Shown here: positions 60,045 through 64,000 of the stretch, piece by piece
Layout: every line of letters begins with the position of its first letter
Numbering within the stretch: the first letter of the stretch is position 1
Origin: Candidatus Latescibacterota bacterium
GTDB lineage: Bacteria > Latescibacterota > UBA2968 > UBA8231
DNA: 64,000 nucleotides
NCBI GenBank assembly: GCA_963422735.1
Contig: OY730476.1
Coordinates: forward strand, 3,616,001 to 3,680,000
Reading direction: 5' to 3'
Program-made: the position numbers and the translations under genes
Notes under the pieces: generated by a model
Seen by the model: only the letters and a program-made list of their open reading frames with translations
The model's database searches: none
Told to the model about the DNA's origin: nothing

Positions 60045-61700
60045 ATGGCCTATCAGGTAACAGCGCGCAAGTGGCGTCCTCGCCAATTCGACGAAATCGT
60101 CGGGCAGGAGCATATCACTGCCACCTTAAAGAATGCCGTCCATTCCGGACGCATCGCGCAGTGCTACCTGTTTTGCGGCCCCCGCGGCGTGGGCAAGACC
60201 ACGACTGCGCGGATCCTCGCCAAGGTTCTCAACTGCGTTGACCGCCGCGACGGCAATCCCTGCGAGGTGTGCGATTCTTGCAAGAGCATCGCCGCCTCCA
60301 CCAGCATGAACGTGCTGGAGATCGACGGGGCCTCCAACAACAGCGTCGATGACATCCGCGAGTTGCGCGAAGTGGTGCGCTACGCCGCGACTGAAGGTGT
60401 CTATAAGATCTACATCATCGACGAAGTCCACATGCTCTCAACCGCGGCGTTCAATGCGCTGTTGAAGACGCTGGAGGAGCCGCCAGAGCACGTGGTTTTC
60501 ATCTTCGCTACCACGGAGGTGCAGTCGGTCCCCGACACCATTCTCTCGCGCTGTCAGCGCTTCAATTTTCGCCGCATCTCAACCGGGCAGATCGCCGCTC
60601 ACCTCGGCACCATTGCCCAAGCCGAAGGCATCGCGGTTGAGGAGGGAGCGCTCCATCTGTTGGCTAGCCGCGCGGACGGTGCCTTGCGCGACGCCGAAAG
60701 CCTACTCGATCAAGTGGTCTCATTGGGCGCGGAGGTGTCGCAGCAAGCCGTGGTACAGGTGTTGGGTCTCGTCAACCGCGGCCTCTACTTTGAATTGCTC
60801 GACGCCATACGCGAAGCGGCACCTGCACGGGTGCTGGATATCGTCGCCCAAGCCGTTGACGAAGGGGCCGATATTGAGGAGTTCGTCTATGGCCTAGTCG
60901 AACTTTTGCGCCACCTGCTCTTCGTCAAGATACAGGGCGGGGTCGACGAGTTGGATATGGCCGAAGACGCCCGCCGCCGCTGTGGCGAGCTCGCGGCCGC
61001 CATGGCGGCCGAAGACCTGCTCCGCATGATGCAGTCGCTCTTGGATTTAGAAGCGGATATAAAGCGCTCGGTACAGCCGCGTTTCCGCGTGGAGATCGCC
61101 TTGGTGCATCTGGCGCTGATGGGCCGGTCTGTTGATGTGGGCGAGCTGCTGCGCCGCTTGCAGTCGCTCGAAAGTGCTGCGCCGCGCCCGACTGTGCCCC
61201 CGCCTCGCAGTGAACAGGCCGCGCCTCTCGCCCCAAGCGGTCTCAATGAACAGGCTGTGCCTCCGCCTCCGCCCCCAAGTGGTCGTAGCGAACAGGCTGT
61301 GCCCCCGCCCCAGCAGCAAGTCGCCGCTCCGGTTGAGTCAGGCAATGCCACTGCCGGCTTGAGCTTTGATCAGGTGCGCACCACTTGGGCCGAGCTAGTC
61401 CATGCCGTGCGCGCCGCTAAGCCGTCGCTGGCCTATTTTCTTAATGGAGCGGCTTTAGACAGTCTAGAAGGTCACGTGCTCAGGCTGAGCTTTGGTGCCG
61501 CCGACCGCTTTGCCATGAACCAAGTGAAGAACAACCGAGAGAGCGTAGAGGCGATAGCCGAGGCAAAATACGGGTGGCGGCTGCGCTTGGATGCCGTAGA
61601 AAAGAAGGACGATCGGCCGGCCCCGCGGGCGGCGAGCCAGCCCGAGTCCGACCCCACCCTGCGCTCGGTACTCGACACTTTTGACGGCGAGTTAGTCTGA
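60045..61700 (+). CDS. dnaX: DNA polymerase III gamma/tau subunit
   Basis: ARKWRP..F..IVGQ, GPRGVGKTT, EIDGASN, IDEVHML, LLKTLEEPP, SRCQ. Confidence 0.96.
   Translation: MAYQVTARKWRPRQFDEIVGQEHITATLKNAVHSGRIAQCYLFCGPRGVGKTTTARILAKVLNCVDRRDGNPCEVCDSCKSIAASTSMNVLEIDGASNNSVDDIRELREVVRYAATEGVYKIYIIDEVHMLSTAAFNALLKTLEEPPEHVVFIFATTEVQSVPDTILSRCQRFNFRRISTGQIAAHLGTIAQAEGIAVEEGALHLLASRADGALRDAESLLDQVVSLGAEVSQQAVVQVLGLVNRGLYFELLDAIREAAPARVLDIVAQAVDEGADIEEFVYGLVELLRHLLFVKIQGGVDELDMAEDARRRCGELAAAMAAEDLLRMMQSLLDLEADIKRSVQPRFRVEIALVHLALMGRSVDVGELLRRLQSLESAAPRPTVPPPRSEQAAPLAPSGLNEQAVPPPPPPSGRSEQAVPPPQQQVAAPVESGNATAGLSFDQVRTTWAELVHAVRAAKPSLAYFLNGAALDSLEGHVLRLSFGAADRFAMNQVKNNRESVEAIAEAKYGWRLRLDAVEKKDDRPAPRAASQPESDPTLRSVLDTFDGELV
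61191..61310 (+). repeat. Degenerate tandem repeat in the dnaX proline-rich linker
   Basis: Three copies of GAACAGGC(C/T)G(C/T)GCC spaced 36 and 42 nt apart, encoding (S/N)EQA(A/V)P. Confidence 0.7.
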
Positions 61701-61708
61701 GAGATCTC

Positions 61709-62305
61709 ATGGAACCTCTGGCCCTTGAAGACTTAATCGTCGCATTTGCCAAGCTGCCTGGTATCGGTCGCAAGACAGCGCAGCGCTTGGCGCTCTATGT
61801 GGTCAAAAGGCCGCGCGAGGAAGCCGAGTTGCTCGCCAAGGCACTCATTGCCGCCAAAGACCAGATCGAACACTGCGCCACCTGCTACAATTTCACCCAA
61901 AAGGGTGAACCCCTATGCGAAGTCTGCCGAGATACCCGGCGCGACCAGCAGTTCATCTGCGTGGTAGCCGAAGCCAGCGACGTGCTGGTCTTTGAGATGA
62001 GTCAGTTTTACTCCGGAGCGTATCACGTGCTCGGTGGGGTGCTTTCCCCTCAAGACGGAGTGCTGCCCGAGGATTTGCACATCGACACCTTGGTCGAGCG
62101 CGTGCGCCAGCAGGGCGTACAGGAGGTAATGCTCGCGCTCAATGCCACCGCCGAGGGCGATGCCACCGCTCACTTCATCGCTCAGCAACTCATGCCGCTG
62201 ACCAAGGTGTCGAGGCTGGCGCGCGGTCTGCCGGTGGGCGCGGATTTGGACTTGGCCGACAGCGTCACCCTCTCCCTCGCCTTTGCCGGCCGGTCTTCGC
62301 TGTAA
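61709..62305 (+). CDS. recR: Recombination mediator RecR
   Basis: LPGIG.KTAQRLA, C..C...C..C, YHVLGG.LSP, EG.ATA, RLARGLPVG. Confidence 0.95.
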   Translation: MEPLALEDLIVAFAKLPGIGRKTAQRLALYVVKRPREEAELLAKALIAAKDQIEHCATCYNFTQKGEPLCEVCRDTRRDQQFICVVAEASDVLVFEMSQFYSGAYHVLGGVLSPQDGVLPEDLHIDTLVERVRQQGVQEVMLALNATAEGDATAHFIAQQLMPLTKVSRLARGLPVGADLDLADSVTLSLAFAGRSSL

Positions 62306-62312
62306 GGTAGTC

Positions 62313-62915
62313 ATGGACCGGCGCGATATTTTTAACTTGCCCAATGGACTGACCGCGCTCAGGATCGGTTTGACGCCGCTGTTTTTGCTGCTGCTGTTCA
62401 CCGATACTTGGTATTTGAAAAGCCTTGCCTTCGTCGTCTTCAGCGCGGCCTCGCTGACCGATTTCTACGATGGTAAACTAGCGCGCGCAGGCAACCAAGT
62501 AACGCCGCTAGGACGCTTCTTGGACCCGTTGGCCGACAAGATCTTGGTAACGTCGGCACTTGTTGCCCTAGCATTGGACGAAATGGTCAATTTTTGGCTG
62601 GTCTTGCCCATTGTCGGGCGCGACGTCCTGATCACGGGCCTGCGCCTCTACGGGCTGTACAGGGGCCGCCCCATAGTCACTTCGCGCTTGGCCAAGTGGA
62701 AGACCGCGGTCCAGCTTTTCACGGTTATCTTCATACTCTTCGTCATTGGCCTTGAGGAGGCGATGGAGCGCTTTGCCGCAGGCCATCTCTTCTTTCTCGA
62801 CGACCAGCTAATCCAGCTTTTGGCCAATGCACTGCTGGCGGGGGTGCTGTTGCTGACGCTGCTGTCGGGTTTTCACTACCTGTTTCGTGCGGGATCTTCC
62901 TACAAGGAATCCTGA
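62313..62915 (+). CDS. pgsA: CDP-diacylglycerol--glycerol-3-phosphate phosphatidyltransferase
   Basis: NLPN.LT..R, TDFYDGKLAR...VT.LG.FLDPLADK, KWKTA.Q. Confidence 0.92.
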   Translation: MDRRDIFNLPNGLTALRIGLTPLFLLLLFTDTWYLKSLAFVVFSAASLTDFYDGKLARAGNQVTPLGRFLDPLADKILVTSALVALALDEMVNFWLVLPIVGRDVLITGLRLYGLYRGRPIVTSRLAKWKTAVQLFTVIFILFVIGLEEAMERFAAGHLFFLDDQLIQLLANALLAGVLLLTLLSGFHYLFRAGSSYKES

Positions 62916-63390
62916 GCGCGGCGTAGAGGAACGCGTTTTTCTGAACCGACTGATCGCCACGCTTTTTTTTGTAGGCTATGCCCCGTGGGCATCCGGTACA
63001 GCTGGTACCGCATTCGTCGCTTTGTTGTACTGGCTGTTTTTTCCCTCTTTGGGGATGCTGGATTGGTTCGGTGTGCTTTTGCTCGCCTCGGCCATTGGGG
63101 TGTACAGCGCAGACCGGGCGGCCCCGGAATGGGGCAAGGATCCTAGGCAGGTCGTCGTTGACGAGGGGGTGGGCTTTCTCTTTGCAGTTGCATTTTTGCC
63201 TCCGGGCACTGGGACGGCCATCGCGGGCTTTCTCGCCTTCCGCGCCTTCGATATTGTCAAGCCGCCCCCAGCACGGCAGTTAGAAGCCCTGCCTGGGGGG
63301 TGGGGCATTGTGGCCGACGACGTGGTCGCCGGCCTGTATAGCAATGTGGTCATTCGCTCGTCGTTCTATTTGGTTGAGTGGGTGGGCTAG
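62887..63390 (+). CDS. pgpA: Phosphatidylglycerophosphatase A
   Basis: P.ASGT.G, DP..VVVDE, FR.FDI.KP.P, GGWGIVADDVVAG; start uncertain. Confidence 0.9.
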   Translation: MRDLPTRNPERGVEERVFLNRLIATLFFVGYAPWASGTAGTAFVALLYWLFFPSLGMLDWFGVLLLASAIGVYSADRAAPEWGKDPRQVVVDEGVGFLFAVAFLPPGTGTAIAGFLAFRAFDIVKPPPARQLEALPGGWGIVADDVVAGLYSNVVIRSSFYLVEWVG

Positions 63391-63423
63391 GACCGATACT
63401 ACACTTTAATTGAGGGGATTTCC

Positions 63424-64000
63424 ATGGCGAAAGCGAACGGACACAGGGGAGACGGCAACAAGGCCAGATCGCTGGAACTGGCGATGTCGCAGATTGAAAA
63501 GCAGTACGGCAAGGGGTCGATTATGCGCCTTGGCGACGCGGGTAGGGTGCAGGAGGTGGAGGCGATCTCTACTGGATCGCTGGCTGTAGATGCAGCACTG
63601 GGCATCGGTGGCTTGCCCAAGGGGAGGATCGTCGAAATATCGGGTCCAGAGGGGTCGGGCAAGACCATGCTCTCGCTGCACGCCATCCGCGAATCGCAAA
63701 GGCAGAACGGCACGGCGGCCTTTATCGACGCCGAGCACGCCCTTGACGTCAGCTTCGCCCGACGCATCGGCGTCGATGTGGAAAATCTAATCATATCGCA
63801 GCCGGATTCGGGCGAGCAGGCCCTCGAAATCGTCGATACCTTGGTGCGCAGCGGTGCTTTCGATATCATCGTAGTCGATTCGGTGGCCGCGCTGGTGCCA
63901 CAGGCCGAGTTGGAGGGCGACATGGGCGATTCGCACGTGGGCTTGCATGCGCGGCTGATGTCCCAAGCCCTGCGCAAGCTCGCTGGCTCGATCAATCGCT
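63424..64000 (+). CDS. recA: Recombinase RecA (3' truncated by window edge)
   Basis: ATG 63424 after GAGGGG; [73 protein letters not shown]; absent from the ORF track because it has no stop in the window. Confidence 0.96.
   Translation, partial: MAKANGHRGDGNKARSLELAMSQIEKQYGKGSIMRLGDAGRVQEVEAISTGSLAVDAALGIGGLPKGRIVEISGPEGSGKTMLSLHAIRESQRQNGTAAFIDAEHALDVSFARRIGVDVENLIISQPDSGEQALEIVDTLVRSGAFDIIVVDSVAALVPQAELEGDMGDSHVGLHARLMSQALRKLAGSINR

Noticed and set aside
60045-61700. dnaX -1 frameshift producing gamma
   Set aside because: No A AAA AAG slippery site or poly-A run seen

Overview
A 64 kb, GC-rich core-chromosome window from a diderm bacterium, almost all on the + strand. An FCB-superphylum origin such as Latescibacterota or a relative is my inference from the gene content and a divergent 16S; I ran no search. 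In order it contains: lolA (partial), an S8 peptidase, prfB with a +1 frameshift, lolC/E-lolD-mcsA-mcsB-clpC-bamA-skp-fabZ-pyrB, a rhamnose isomerase, a complete rrn operon (16S, tRNA-Ile, 23S, 5S), an EF-G paralogue, yebC-ruvCAB-tsaB-rimI, a sugar ABC ATPase, holB, rsmA and ilvE. A tightly coupled ~20 kb cluster follows (34979-55241). In it, a peptide ABC binding protein and its two permeases (no ABC ATPase) enclose two modules. One is an orphan GlmL-like ASKHA ATPase with a partner protein and four uncharacterised membrane proteins. The other is a TonB-dependent receptor, a large secreted protein with a CTD-like tail, a PorV-like barrel and a TPR lipoprotein. This cluster is the best candidate for an undescribed system. 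The window ends with lysA, carbamoyltransferase-sxtJ, tadA, three tRNAs, a large Alu-type SRP RNA, dnaX-recR-pgsA-pgpA and recA (partial). I saw no CRISPR array, transposase or prophage. All family assignments come from motif recognition by eye.
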